Origin: Eledone cirrhosa
Taxonomy: Eukaryota
NCBI GenBank assembly: GCA_964016885.1
Contig: OZ024742.1
Location: 97,526,001-97,590,000, forward strand
Length of the DNA: 64,000 bases
Reading direction: 5' to 3'
The notes below the pieces were generated by a model. That model saw only the letters and a list, made by a program, of their open reading frames with translations, was not told the origin of the DNA and searched no databases. Position numbers and translations under genes: made by a program. Positions 1-12,222 of the stretch are shown piece by piece; positions within the stretch are counted from its first letter, which is position 1, and every line of letters begins with the position of its first letter.

Positions 1-158
1 TCCTTCGTAAAATATATAATATATATATATATATATATAATATATATATACTATATATATATATAATGTATATAATATAAATATAATATATATAATATAT
101 AATATACATAATATACATAATATATTATAAATATATATATAATCGTTTGTATATGTAT

Positions 159-191
<33 letters not shown>

Positions 192-481
192 TATATATAA
201 TATAGTAATAATAATAATAATGATTTCTTTATTAACCACAAGGGTTTACATAAAGTAGACATTAAGGACAGTGCAGGACAATACAGGACGGTACAAATGG
301 GCATTTCTGCGTGTAAAAAACAAAAACAGAGGATGTAACAAAAAAAAACAATGAAAAATTCCCCAATAGAGGAGGGGGGGGGGGAGACTTCGGATGGACA
401 TTTGTGGAGAAAGCCCAGTAAAAGGCCACAGTGACCCTGACCACCAAGGCAAGTGCCCTCTCCCAGTTTTCCACCTTTAAT

Positions 482-3178
482 TTACAGATACATACTCAGA
501 GTAGGCCCATTCACTCGGGCTATTCTTGCTTCTCTCACCCATCTTTCAACAAAATACTGGGAAGAGAGCACTTCCCTCTCTACTCTGATTTTCCTTTTCA
601 AATAAAATTTGAAAAAGTCAATCAGGGCATCACCGAAGAGGTAAGTGCTCGTCTTCAGCCCTTTCAAACGTGTCCACCATACTATCTCTTTCGCCATGGC
701 CACCAGGCAGATAAAAACTGCCTGCCCTTCCCGGCTAAAGGAAGAGGGCGGGGCAATCCTCACGATGGACTCAGATGATAGCCGGATCCGTCCTACACGC
801 GACAGCTGGTGTTCGACATAAACCCACAAGTCAGCAATTTTCGGACACTGGCCGTGCGTGCAGGACGGTTTCGTCGCCCTGCGCGCATCTCGGACATGCC
901 CGGCTGATGGCAGCTCCATGTCTGTAGAGTTTATCCCGAACTGGCAAAGCTCCTCGGTAGCACTGCCAGGCCAGAGATTTCTGGAAGTTGTCCATAGGCC
1001 CCGGCCCGAAAGTTCTTCCGAAGAGATTGGCTAGTTGATTTTCGTCGACGCCTAGAGTTTCCCCAAGTACGTCGTCGCTCTTCCCCTCCACTAATCCTCT
1101 AGAGAACGCCGAGGTGGAGTTTCCACCGATCACATTGCCCGATTGGTCGAGGGCTGTGAGCGCCTGAAAACATTCCAGTCTCCAGGCGCTCCCTCTCGGA
1201 CTTCTCTTGACCCAGGACGGCAACTCCGTCAAGGAAACGAGCTAGGGGAAATACGTGTCTAGCAAACGGCGACCACACCTGATCACCGTCGAGGAAGAGG
1301 TGGAGATGTCGTAGCCTGAGCGCGTGTCTGCGCTTCATCAGCCACGGCATACCCAGCCCCCCATGTAGCGGGTGTTGACAACAGATGGACCGCCTGACCA
1401 TCGGAGCGCGTCCCTTCCCCAAAAAGCGAAAGAGCAAACGCTCCAGCGCAGTCAGGCGGGGCTTAGAGCAAGGTACGACAGTCAGGCGGTAGCAGATGAC
1501 AGACGCGATGTACGCGTTAGCCACCTCCGCTCGACGTTTCAGGGATAGCTTCCTCTCCGCCGATTTCTGGGTGAGAGAAGCCACCCTGCTCGACACCTCG
1601 TCCCAGTTTTTGTCCGTCTGGAGATCCGGACCGAACCAGAGCCCTAGCAATTTAACCGGTCCGTCCGTTCAGCGTCCGACGACGCTGTTGGACGGCATGG
1701 ACCTGCCTCTCCAGGTGCCGAGCTGCAGGCCCACTGACTTTTCCTGGTTGATCATTGCTCCTGTCACCGCTTCGTATTCTCTTAGTGTAGTGCCGATCGC
1801 CTCGATGTGTTTGGCGTTCGACACCACTACGGTGACATCGTCCGCATATGCTGACACGGATCTTCCGCATCCTAATTCGCGCGGGACCCCCCTCAACGTC
1901 TCCAGTTTGTGCAGTAATGCCTCGAGAGTCAATACGTACAAGAGGGACGAAAGGGGACATCCTTGGCGGACCGAGCGCATGATGTTGAACGGTTCCGAAA
2001 GGTGACCGTTCACTCTCACCTCAGAACAGATGTCGCTGTGCATGGCAGCGATCCAGCCTCTGAAGATGGGCCCAAATCCAGCCGCCCTCAGGAATGCCGC
2101 TAGGTAACGATGGTCGACCCTATCGAAAGCTTTCGACTGATCTAAATTGATCAAGGACCCACCCGTGCCAGGTTCCCTAGCTACCCTCTCTACCATGTAT
2201 CGCATGAAGTGGAGGTTGTCGTGGATGGATCTGTCGGGAATGGCGCATGTCTGCGTCTATCCCACCAGACCGCCAACGACAAGCGCCAACCTCTTTGCTA
2301 GCACCTTGGTCAAAATCTTGAACTCTGTGTTTAGCAGAGTTATGGGCCTGAAATTATCTATGTTATCCCCCTTGTTCGGATCCTTTCTCAGCAGTGCCAC
2401 CGCTCCTCGGCTCACAGAGCTGGGAATTCTCCCGTTCTGTTGCCAGTTGCAGTAGACGTCCACCAAGAGGCCTCCGAACAAGTCTGGCATCTGTACGTAA
2501 AGTTCATAGGGCAGACCATCCAAACCAGGCGATTTACGCCTTGTGCAGCCAGTCATTGCCTCCCGTACTTCAGCGGCTGTTATCGGCTTTTCGCAACACT
2601 CCGCCTCAGTGGCCGAGAGCCGCGGCAGTCAGTCGAGGTAGACACTAAAGTCCATCCCTCGACCCGGACCACCGCTGCCCCCGAACAGCTGAGCGAAGTG
2701 TCGCTGAAAAGCTTCACAAATTTTTTCCGGGATTGAGTAGCATGTGCCCGTCGTGGTCCACCAAAGACCGGATCGTGGCTTTGTTGCCACGACGCACCTC
2801 CGCCACTCGGGCCCATTGAACGGCTTTCGTCCCCTCGTGTCTGAGAGCACGCACCCTAGCTCTGACAACGCAGCCTTCGTGCTTTGCATTGAAGAGGCTC
2901 TTGCACCCTCCTCCCCTATCCGCTTATCCCACACAGTCCCAGCGTGCATCTAAGATCCCGTTCCAGTCGCCCACTAACACTAAAGAGCGGGACGTTCCAA
3001 GAAAGGTCTCCAGACGCCGGAAGAAATCAGGCCGCCCTGCTCGTGCTTCGGAGATTCTTGTCTCGCTGATGGCCACTACATCTATGTTTAGTGACCTCAG
3101 GTCGTTGAGCAGGTGGCCCTGCTTCCATGACGACCCCAAGCCACGCGCATTTATGCTGCCTATTCTGAGTGAGGTCAT
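482..3178 (-). pseudogene. Tx1 ORF2 (APE endonuclease + reverse transcriptase), disrupted
   Basis: Split across several ORF-track frames (2924-3250, 2629-2949, 2257-2556, 1669-2205, 1099-1650, 831-1232, 482-919); endonuclease has a 210-bp deletion relative to the copy at 62761-63370. Confidence 0.9.
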
Positions 3179-3212
3179 GTTGAAATGGAGTGGAAAAGAT
3201 GGGAAAGACCAC

Positions 3213-4688
3213 TTACCGTACTTTTCGTAGGGGAAGGATGGTTTCTCCATCTCTTTTCACTTGATCGTCTGATGAAGGGACCGTTGAATCGTCCCTTCGG
3301 CTGGTCGTCGGCTCTTCTATGAGTATGTCCGAATATACTCTCCGGTTGAGAGTCCCTCCTAGGTCTCTCAAATCACCAACTGCGTTGGGGAATTTTGTTT
3401 TAATGTTTGTGTATTGTTTCTGTGCTATTCTTACCAGTCTTATGTTCGTTGGTGTTTTGATTGGTACAGGTATTATGTAGTCGTGCTGTGAAATGTCTGT
3501 GTGTTCAATTATGTAAGTCATTAGTTTCTTGTTGTGTGTATTTATTGCCGTGCATTTGTTTTTCTCCTTTCTCAGGGTCTTCTCGTTGCAGAAGGCCCTG
3601 AGGTGATTCTTCGATCCACAGCGAAAGCATTTCGGGCGTTTGCCCTCAACACTTATGGGCAGTTGAGTGCCGTTATCGAAGTCTTTCACATCCGGGATAG
3701 CTTCGATGCACTCCTGGTTGGTTTGGATTAACATCTCAATGGAGATGCCAACCCAATCTTCTCTTACTTTTTTCTGTACTTGTAGTACAGTTGTTTTGTC
3801 CTCGATTCCGACGAAGACAGACGCGGCCAGCCAAGAAGGGGCCATCCCGGGGGGGACGTGGATCAGTTTGACCCTCACAATTTTTTTCCCGCAGTAGGAG
3901 GGCACCAACACAATTTCCTCGTTCCTTAGGGTCACTAAGGATTGAGCCTTTGCCTCCTGCGGTGTGACAAAAAGCACGTCCACGGTGGCATATTTCTTGC
4001 CTCGGGTGATATGCGTTTTCCGCTGCCACACAGACCCTATGGCTTTTTGTATTTGAGCCTCTGTGGCTCTTTCAACCCTACGGGATTTTGTGCTTACTGT
4101 AAGGTATGTGACCGTACAGTGCTGTTGGGTTTCGAAAAATTTTTCGGCTGCCTTGCAGATTGCTCGGTGTCCGATTTTCGTCACCATCTTCTTTGCTTCC
4201 TGTAATTCCTCATTTGTTATGAGGATTGTTTCCAGGTTCTTTGCGATACCTGCAAACGAGATTGTTTTTTCTTTGCTGCTGTTGTTGTTGTTGTTGTTGT
4301 TGTTGTCGTCAGAGCTGCTGTTACTTTTGTTGTTGCTGCAAGTACTACGACTACTGCCGCCGCTGCTGGTGCTGTGGTTGTTGTCGTTGTTGCTACTGCT
4401 GCTATTGTTGTTGCTGTTGCTGCTAATGCAGTTGTTGTTTATGCTGCTGCTGATGCTGTTGCGGCTGCTACTGTTGTTTTCCTTGTCACTGTTGCTGCTG
4501 CTGTTATTACGGCTGCTACTTCTATTATTCATGACGTCAGACGAATGAAATGGATTTTCGTATTTACCGCACACCTTTTTCGTCGTTGTCGTCGTCGTGG
4601 AGAAATGTTCCATGTTTTGCACGTGATTTTGGAAACTATTTTTCTTTACTGGCGTCGCTTGCGAAAGAGAAGGGAGGGAGAGAGACAA
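3213..4688 (-). CDS. Tx1 ORF1 (gag-like nucleic-acid-binding protein with N/S-rich N-terminus and CCHC zinc knuckle)
   Basis: Open 491-aa frame containing CFRCGSKNHLRAFC; homologous fragments in the second copy at 63496-63962. Confidence 0.8.
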   Translation of the reverse strand: MSLSLPSLSQATPVKKNSFQNHVQNMEHFSTTTTTTKKVCGKYENPFHSSDVMNNRSSSRNNSSSNSDKENNSSSRNSISSSINNNCISSNSNNNSSSSNNDNNHSTSSGGSSRSTCSNNKSNSSSDDNNNNNNNNSSKEKTISFAGIAKNLETILITNEELQEAKKMVTKIGHRAICKAAEKFFETQQHCTVTYLTVSTKSRRVERATEAQIQKAIGSVWQRKTHITRGKKYATVDVLFVTPQEAKAQSLVTLRNEEIVLVPSYCGKKIVRVKLIHVPPGMAPSWLAASVFVGIEDKTTVLQVQKKVREDWVGISIEMLIQTNQECIEAIPDVKDFDNGTQLPISVEGKRPKCFRCGSKNHLRAFCNEKTLRKEKNKCTAINTHNKKLMTYIIEHTDISQHDYIIPVPIKTPTNIRLVRIAQKQYTNIKTKFPNAVGDLRDLGGTLNRRVYSDILIEEPTTSRRDDSTVPSSDDQVKRDGETILPLRKVR

Positions 4689-4789
4689 TCTTTCGCTGCT
4701 GTAGTGACGATTGAGGAAGAAGAAGACGGAATGAGTGGGAGTGACTTGTGAAAATTATTTTCGTAGCCATGTTTTTTTGGGGTTTAAAA

Positions 4790-5350
4790 TAAATATTTGG
4801 TTAAAAATAAATATTAATCGGCCGGGCGCACCGAAAACGATAAACGGGAAAAAAATAGTATGTATATGTATACATACTACTGTACGTATGTATACATATA
4901 TGTATGTACGTATACATACTTATATTTAAGTAACAGCCGTACTAAGAGTGAGAAATGAAATTTCGTTTTATTTTCTTCCGTTTATCGCGTTCGGTGCGAC
5001 CGGCCGTTTAACCCACACAATATGCAAATTAGGCTGCTCATCCGTTAATATGGATAAGGAAAGTATATACTTTCAGACGCTCAATCATCTGGCAGGAAGG
5101 TATACAGTGCTGACGATAGGTAATAAGCTTGAATCTAGTACATCGTTCCTTTGTGAGTGTTGAACAAAAGAGCAACGATGGTTGCTAAACATTGTACGGC
5201 TTAATTCGGGATGTTTGTTTACAAACACAACGAGCATTATAATAAATGTTCGGTGAATCAACACGTACATATATATATGTGTGCATGTATGTATATATAT
5301 ACATACTACTGTACGTCTGTATACATATAGGTATGTACGTATACATACTT
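4790..5350 (+). repeat. Diverged copy of the 468-bp hammerhead-bearing repeat (family A), with a short inverted piece at its left end
   Basis: Colinear similarity to 12404-12800; degenerate HHR CTGACGA...GAATCTAGTA at 5110-5140. Confidence 0.8.
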
Positions 5351-5419
5351 ATATATAATATATATATATATATATAATGTATATATATATATATAATATA
5401 TATATATATAAATATATAT

Positions 5420-6331
5420 ATACAGTAGCTAGAGTCAGAACTGGGTGGAAAAAGTTCAGAGAGCTTATACCACTATTAGCCGCTAAAGGGTTCTCCCTAA
5501 AAATGAAAGGCAGGTTGTACGATGCCTGCATACGAACAGCAATGTTGCATGGCAGTGAGACCTGGGCATTGTGTGCAGAGGATATACGCAGACTAGAGAG
5601 AAACGAAGCTTGCATGCTCCGCTGGATGTGTAATAGTAATATACGTGAACGACAAAGCATAAACGAACTAAGGAAAAAATTAGAGATAAGAGGGATCAGA
5701 TGTTGTTTACTAGAGAGAAGGCTACGTTGGTATGGTCACGTGATGCGCATGAAGGACGATAGCTGTATAACAAAGTGCAGGGCAATAAAGATAGACGGTA
5801 GCCACGGAATAGGCAGACCCAGAAAAACCTGGGACGAGCTGATAAACTCCGACCTCACACACTTACACCTCACCAAGACAATGTCACTGGACCGAGACCT
5901 TTGGCGGTACTCAGTAATAGAGAAGACCCGCCTTACCTAAATGCAAAGTAAAACCTACTACAGTCAGTAGGCATCTCTAACAAAATACACCCCCGTCCCA
6001 CCACCCCCACCCCATCCACACCGCCCCATTCTATGTAAAGTTATGTTGGTGCCACACCATCCAGGCCGAAACAAATGAGATCGTGTAGGTGTCACGACAA
6101 AAAAACACACAGTCCACGCTGTAATGTGGCCGTGTAGGCAACACGGTAAAAACCTCCCAGACCCACACTGTAAATGTGGTTGGTGTTAGGAAGGGCATCC
6201 AGCTGTAAAAAACCTGCCAGACAGTCCCATGCGAGCAAGACAATCACTCTTGCCTCAAGTGGGAAAACTCCCGTCCAAACCCATGCAAGCGTGGAACACG
6301 GACGTTAAACGATGATGATGATGAGGATGAT
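5420..6331 (+). mobile_element. RTE-clade LINE, 5'-truncated
   Basis: RT C-terminus (MLHGSETW, RRLRWYGHVMR, GRPRKTW), 3' UTR and (GAT)n tail; nearly identical to 61121-62039. Confidence 0.92.
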
Positions 6332-6351
6332 ATATAATATATATATATAAA

Positions 6352-6900
6352 TATATCAGCTAGAAATTGATTGACATATATATATATATTTAACATAAAT
6401 ACATGAAACAATCACAGGGGATAATATCTAAAGTGTGTAATCAAACGTAGCTAGGTAGGTAACTAATTAAAGTTTAACTAGAGCTCAAATATTAACGTTT
6501 AAAAAATGATTAATCTTCCTTGTATATATTTTATTAAAGAAATATATTTCACCATTAATCCGTAAAGTCACAGTAGTCAGATCCCAGATCTTCAGCAAGG
6601 GAGAAGATTTAACTATCTGTGTTTACACATCAAATGCAAATCTGTGAGTGACCCATCACACGTGTTACAATTCTAAAACTACAAACAACGTGCTAGCGTC
6701 ATCCCAGTGGCGTGAATAGGGTGATCGAGAGCTATAAATAGCAGCCGAGTCCTGTGATTGTTTCATGTGTTTATTTTAAATATATATATATGTCAATCAA
6801 TTTCTAGTTGATATAAAATACTCGGATCTATTCATTGGAATCTTTGAAGTTATTCTACGGTGGATATGATGCATGTCTTGGACATGATTCCCTTAATTTA
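6352..6900. repeat. Inverted-repeat-bounded element, same family as 32470-32872
   Basis: 6352-6418 is the reverse complement of 6750-6812; 6800-6900 matches 32470-32570 in reverse. Confidence 0.75.
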
Positions 6901-6942
6901 AATTAATTAAATTAATTTTGAATATATATAAATATATATAAT

Positions 6943-7037
<95 letters not shown>

Positions 7038-7039
7038 TC

Positions 7040-7175
7040 TAGTCGTTGGTAAAATTCCCGAGGCGGGTAAAATTCCAGAGATCCATGGACGAGTTCTCTC
7101 CAGCGGTCTCTGTCCCTCATTATCGCTGCCGTCCTGCGTCTCCAATAGACCAGTGTCTGTCCTTAGGGCACCAAC
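7040..7175 (-). mobile_element. 3' fragment of a second RTE-like LINE family
   Basis: Matches 52060-52175 (LRTDTGL...MRDRDRWRELVHGS); another piece at about 58733-58785. Confidence 0.65.
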
Positions 7176-7220
7176 ATATATATATAAATATATATAAATA
7201 TATATATATATATATAATAT

Positions 7221-7251
<31 letters not shown>

Positions 7252-7262
7252 AAATATATATA

Positions 7263-7335
<73 letters not shown>

Positions 7336-7503
7336 TATATAATATGTATATATATATAATATGTATATATATATATATATATAATATATATATTATATAT
7401 ATAATATATACATATATATATAAAATATATATTATATATATAATATATATATATATATAAAATATATATTATATATATAATATATATATATATATAATAT
7501 ATA

Positions 7504-7577
<74 letters not shown>

Positions 7578-7611
7578 ATATATATATTATATATATATAT
7601 AATATATATAA
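7176..7611. repeat. (TA)n-rich microsatellite
   Basis: Direct reading; one of dozens of such tracts in the window. Confidence 0.97.
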
Positions 7612-7745
7612 TTGTTTCTACTTTTGGCACAAGGCCAGCAATTACCCAGTACATTACTGGTACTTTATGTTATCGACCCCGTAACATAAAGTACCAGTAA
7701 TGTACTGTGTAATTGCTGGCCTTGTGCCAAAAGTAGAAACAATTA
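7612..7745. repeat. Near-perfect hairpin formed by two SINE 3' ends in inverted orientation
   Basis: ttgtttctacttttggcacaaggccagcaattac...tactttatgtta / taacataaagtacc...gtagaaacaa around a loop of about 9 nt. Confidence 0.9.
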
Positions 7746-7851
7746 TATAATTATATAATTATATATATATAATATATATAATATATATATAATATATATA
7801 TAATATATATAATATATATAATATATATATAATATATATATAATATATATA

Positions 7852-10077
7852 TATTTATTAAAATAATAGATTAAAGTTTAAGCAAAGAGTGGCTGCTTTC
7901 ACCCTTAACAGGATCTTCTGAAAATAATAAATCTTCTGAAACTTAACGGGATCTTCTGAAAATAATAAATCTGTGAACGCCGAAGTAAATATTTCGAAAA
8001 ACGTTGCAACCGAAGGAAAACAGGAATATCATAGTCAGGTTTGTGAAGACGTTCCCTGGCAATGAACGGAAAGAAACGAAGATAATACGTCGTTATGTGG
8101 ATCGGTGAGAACAATTATATGCAAAGACAAGGCCACGTTTATGGTATAAATGAAGTCGTATTCATTGCCAGGGAACGTCTTCAAGAACCTGAGTATCGTC
8201 TTCCAGTTTCCTTCGTTTGCAACGTTTTTCGAAATATTTAATTCTGCGTTCACTGATTTTTTTTAGTTTCAAAAGATCCCGTTAAGTGTGAAAGCAGCGA
8301 TTCTTAGCTTAAACTTTAATCTGTTATTTTAATAAATATTTGCTCTAGGGTTCTTATATATTGATATATATTTATCCTTCTCGAGCCCTATTTGGATTTT
8401 AGTATATATATATATATATAATATATATATAATAAAGAAGTCGATCGACTTTCGTCAAATCGGACCGAGGAAACACAATGTTTCCTCTGGTCTTTCCAAT
8501 CGCTAATACTATCTATCGGTCGCCACTCCAGGTAGAAATATATATATATAATATGTATATATTTATATATATATAATATAGTAATAATAAATTTGAAGAC
8601 TAAAATCCAAAGAGGGCTCGATAAGGATAAATATATATCAAATATATAAGAACCGTAGAGCAAATATTTATTAAAATAACAGATTAAAGTTTAAGCAAAG
8701 AATCGTTGCTTTCACCCTTAACGGGATCTTCTGAAACTAACAAAGTCAATCTGTAAACGCAGAAGTGAATATTTAAAAAAACGTTGCAACCGGAGAAAGA
8801 CAGGAAGACGATACTTTGGTTCGTGGAAACGTTCGCTGACAAAGAACGGGAAAAAACGAATATAATACGTCATTATTTGGAGCGGTGAAAAACAATTACA
8901 CGCAAAGACAGAACCACGTTTATGGTATAAAAGAGGTCGTAGACTAATGTTCTCTTAGGTGGTTCATAGAGACGTTCTCTGGCAAAGAACGGAAAAAACG
9001 AAGATAATACGTCATATGTGGAGCGTGGAGAACAATTGCACGCAAAGACAAAACCACGTAAATGGTATAGCTGAAGTCGTAGACTAAAATTCTAACCAGG
9101 AAACTGAATGAATCTCCGCTTCAGAGTTAAGAATAAAGTAAATAAAATACAATACAGAGGTAATAGAAAATAAATACATACACGCATGCAAATACGTACA
9201 TACACAAGCATACGCGAAAACACTTGCCATAGGTATACAAAACCACGCAGATATAAATATGTGTGTGTGTGTGTGCGTGTATACAAATAAATAAATAATT
9301 AAATAAACGTATATAAATAAATAAATATGTATATAACAAGCTCACACACATACCTACATGTAAATACACAAATGTTCGGAGACGACGTCAACCAAAACAG
9401 GAAGTACACAATACACACACCCTACATACGTACGAACCTGCATACTCACACAGACGAAAAACTCCCGTATACGCATAACCAAACCATATGTACCAGATAT
9501 ATATAAAAAATTATACGCCATAACATATACAATCAAATATACATTCGAGAAAGTATACGTACCTTCACAAAACACACAGGTAATATATACTTACCTATGC
9601 AAATAAGTAATGGTATAAACATAACATATACTTAGCTACCACATCAAGACGTAAAATATCCACGTATAGATCGTACTATCCGTTAGGGTATAACGTGGGG
9701 CTGTAATACAGGAAAGATTTGTGCAATTTATGCATAGGTAAGTACATATTTATGCATAGGTAAGTATATATTATCTGAATGTTTTGTGAAGGTACGTATA
9801 CTTTCTCGTATGTATATTTGATTGTATATGTTATGGCGTATAATTTTTTTTATATATTCTGGTACATATGGTTTGGTTATGCGTATACGGGAGTTTTGCG
9901 TCTGTGTGAGTATGCAGGTTCGGACGTATGTAGGGTGTGTGTATTGTGTACTCCATGTTTTGGTTGACGTCTTTTCCGAACATTTGTGTATTTACATGTA
10001 GGTATGTTGGTGCGCTTGTTATATACGTATTTATTTATTTATATACGTTTATTTAATTATTTATTTATTTGTATACA

Positions 10078-10108
<31 letters not shown>

Positions 10109-10925
10109 TTATATGTGCGTGGTTTTGTATATCTATGGCAAGTGTTTTCGCGTATGCTTGTATATGTACGTATTTGCATGCGTGTATTTATTTATTTTCT
10201 ATTACCTCTGTAAACAGTCGATGGACTTTCGTCAAATCGGAGCGAGGAAACAATGTTTCCGTTGGTCTTTCCAATTGCTAGTACTCTCTATCGGTCGCAA
10301 CTCCGGGTAGAAGGAGCAACGTGAAATAAAGTCTCTTGCTCAAGGACATAACGCATCGCCCGGTCCGAGAATCGAACTTACAACCTCACGATTACGAATC
10401 CAATTCTCTAACCACTCGGCCACACGCATTACCTCTGTATTGTATTTTATTTACTTTATTCATAACTCTGAAGCGGAGATTCATTCGGTTTCCTAGTTAG
10501 AAATTTAGTTTACAACTTCAGCTATACCATTTATGTGGTTTTATCTTTGCGTGCAATTGTTCTCCACGCTCCACATATGACGTATTATCTTCGTTTTTTC
10601 CGTTCATTGCCAGAGAACGTCTCTATGAACCACCTAAGAGAACATTAATCTACGATTTCTTTTATACCATAAACGTGGTTCTGTCTGAGTGTAATTCATT
10701 TTCACCGCTCCTATTAATGACGTATTATATTCGTTTTTTCCCGTTCTTTGCCAGGGAACGTTTCCACGAACCAAAGTATCGTCTTCCTGTCTTCCTCCGG
10801 TTGCAACGTCATTTGAAATATCCACTTCTGCGTTTACAGATTGACTTTGTTAGTTTCAGAAGATCCCGTTAAGGGTGAAAGCAGCGATTCTTTGCTTAAA
10901 CTTTAATCTGTTATTTTAATAAATA
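7852..10925. repeat. Four alternating-orientation arms of one unclassified repeat (possibly Helitron-related)
   Basis: +7852-8160, -8161-8403, +8599-9601, -9752-10925; shares ATATAAGAACCCTAGAG with the sequence next to the Helitron 3' end at 13665-13685. Confidence 0.8.
10213..10427 (-). mobile_element. tRNA-derived SINE (V-domain-like) with 12-bp TSD
   Basis: A/B-box-like head (GGCCGAGTGGTTAGAG...GTTCGATTC), tgtccttgagcaagagacttta core; TSD attacctctgta at 10201-10212 and 10428-10439; empty site in the opposite arm at about 9150. Confidence 0.9.
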
Positions 10926-10943
10926 TATATAATATATATATAT

Positions 10944-11109
10944 ATTGTTTCTACTTTTAGCACAAGGCCAGCAATTATCCAGTGTATTACTGGTACTTTA
11001 TTTTATCGACCCCATAAGGATGAAAGGCAAAGTTAACCTCGACGGGATTTGAACTCTATGCGTCAAAGCATGGCGTCCGACCGTCTAACGATACTGCCAA
11101 TCGACGCCA
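10944..11109 (-). mobile_element. tRNA-derived SINE, main family of the window
   Basis: ggcg..gattggcagtatcg head, gagttcaaatccc B box, ttgcctttcatcc..ggggtcgataaaataaagtacc core, gtagaaacaat tail. Confidence 0.9.
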
Positions 11110-11124
11110 TATATATATATATAT

Positions 11125-11262
11125 AAATTAAAAAAAACAATGAATAAAAACAAAGAAACAGTTCCTTATATTAAAAAATTCATCATTTTACGATTGTTTC
11201 TAGGATATATATGTGTGTGTTGGTATGTATATTTGTTTTTATTCATTGTTTTTATTAATTTA
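11125..11262 (-). mobile_element. PLE 3'-end fragment with half an HHR plus a short inverted tail piece
   Basis: Reverse complement of 17965-18070. Confidence 0.75.
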
Positions 11263-11520
11263 TCTTGACTCTGCTATCCTGTGTTTTTCATCGAAAAGAT
11301 TTTGAATACATCTTCTCTTTTCATGATATTTGGATTACATTGAGTTCTTCATACGGATTGGACACTACCGTATATTTTGGTAGATTTATCTATATATATA
11401 TATAAGTTGAAAAAAAAAATGAAAACGAAATTTCATTTCTCACTCTTAGTATGGCACTTACTTAAATGTAAGTATGTATGTATACGTACATACATATATG
11501 TATACAGACGTACAGTAGCA

Positions 11521-11560
<40 letters not shown>

Positions 11561-11709
11561 CAGGTACACATACATATATGCACGCATCAGTTTAGCGGAC
11601 GCTTATTATAACGCCCCTTTGTTCGTTTGTAAACAAACTGAACAGCCTGAATTTATGCCATACGGTGTTAAGGCAACCACGTCACCTTTTTGTTCAACAC
11701 TGACACAGG

Positions 11710-11754
11710 AACGATGTACTAGTTTCAAGCTTGTTAGCTATCATCAGCACCGTT
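11710..11754 (-). ncRNA. Type I minimal hammerhead ribozyme (family A, copy 1)
   Basis: Reverse complement reads AACGGTG CTGATGA T AGCT AACA AGCT T GAAAC TA GTA CATCGTT. Confidence 0.8.
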
Positions 11755-12177
11755 TACCCATCTGCCAGATAGTTGAACGTTCGAAAGTATATACTTTCCT
11801 TATGAAAATTAACGGCTGAGCAGCCTAATTTGCATATTGAGTGAGTTAAATCGGTCAGGCATACCGAAAACGATAAGTTGAAAAAAAAAAATGAAAACGA
11901 AATTTCATTTCTGACTCTTAGTATGGCACTTACTTAAATGTAAGTATGTATGTATACGTACATACATATATGTATACAGACGTACAGTAGCATGCATATA
12001 TATATATATATATATACATATATACATACAGGTACACATACATATATGCACGCATCAGTTTAGCGGACGCCTATTATAACGCCGCTTTGTTCGTTTGTAA
12101 ACAAACTGAACAGCCTGAATTTATGCCATACGGTGTTAAGGCAACCACGTCACCTTTTTGTTCAACACTGACACAGG

Positions 12178-12222
12178 AACGATGTACTAGTTTCAAGCTT
12201 GTTAGCTATCATCAGCACCGTT
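12178..12222 (-). ncRNA. Type I minimal hammerhead ribozyme (family A, copy 2)
   Basis: Identical motif, 468 nt from copy 1. Confidence 0.8.

Larger units (their letters stand above)
206..4760 (-). mobile_element. Tx1/L1-clade non-LTR retrotransposon, near full length, internally deleted and frameshifted
   Basis: ORF1 with CCHC knuckle, APE endonuclease start (SLRIGSINARGL, LVGDWNG), RT motifs (KSPGLDGLP, FRPITLLN, LDQSKAFDRV, VRQGCPLS, YADDV), C-terminal Cys/His region; 3' UTR ends AATAAA followed by (ATT)n at about 206-235. Confidence 0.93.

Noticed and set aside
4063-4751. Plus-strand poly-Leu, poly-Cys and poly-Val/Ala ORFs
   Set aside because: Antisense readings of the trinucleotide-rich N-terminus of Tx1 ORF1
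10330-10427. tRNA gene
   Set aside because: A and B boxes belong to a SINE head bounded by a TSD; no complete cloverleaf
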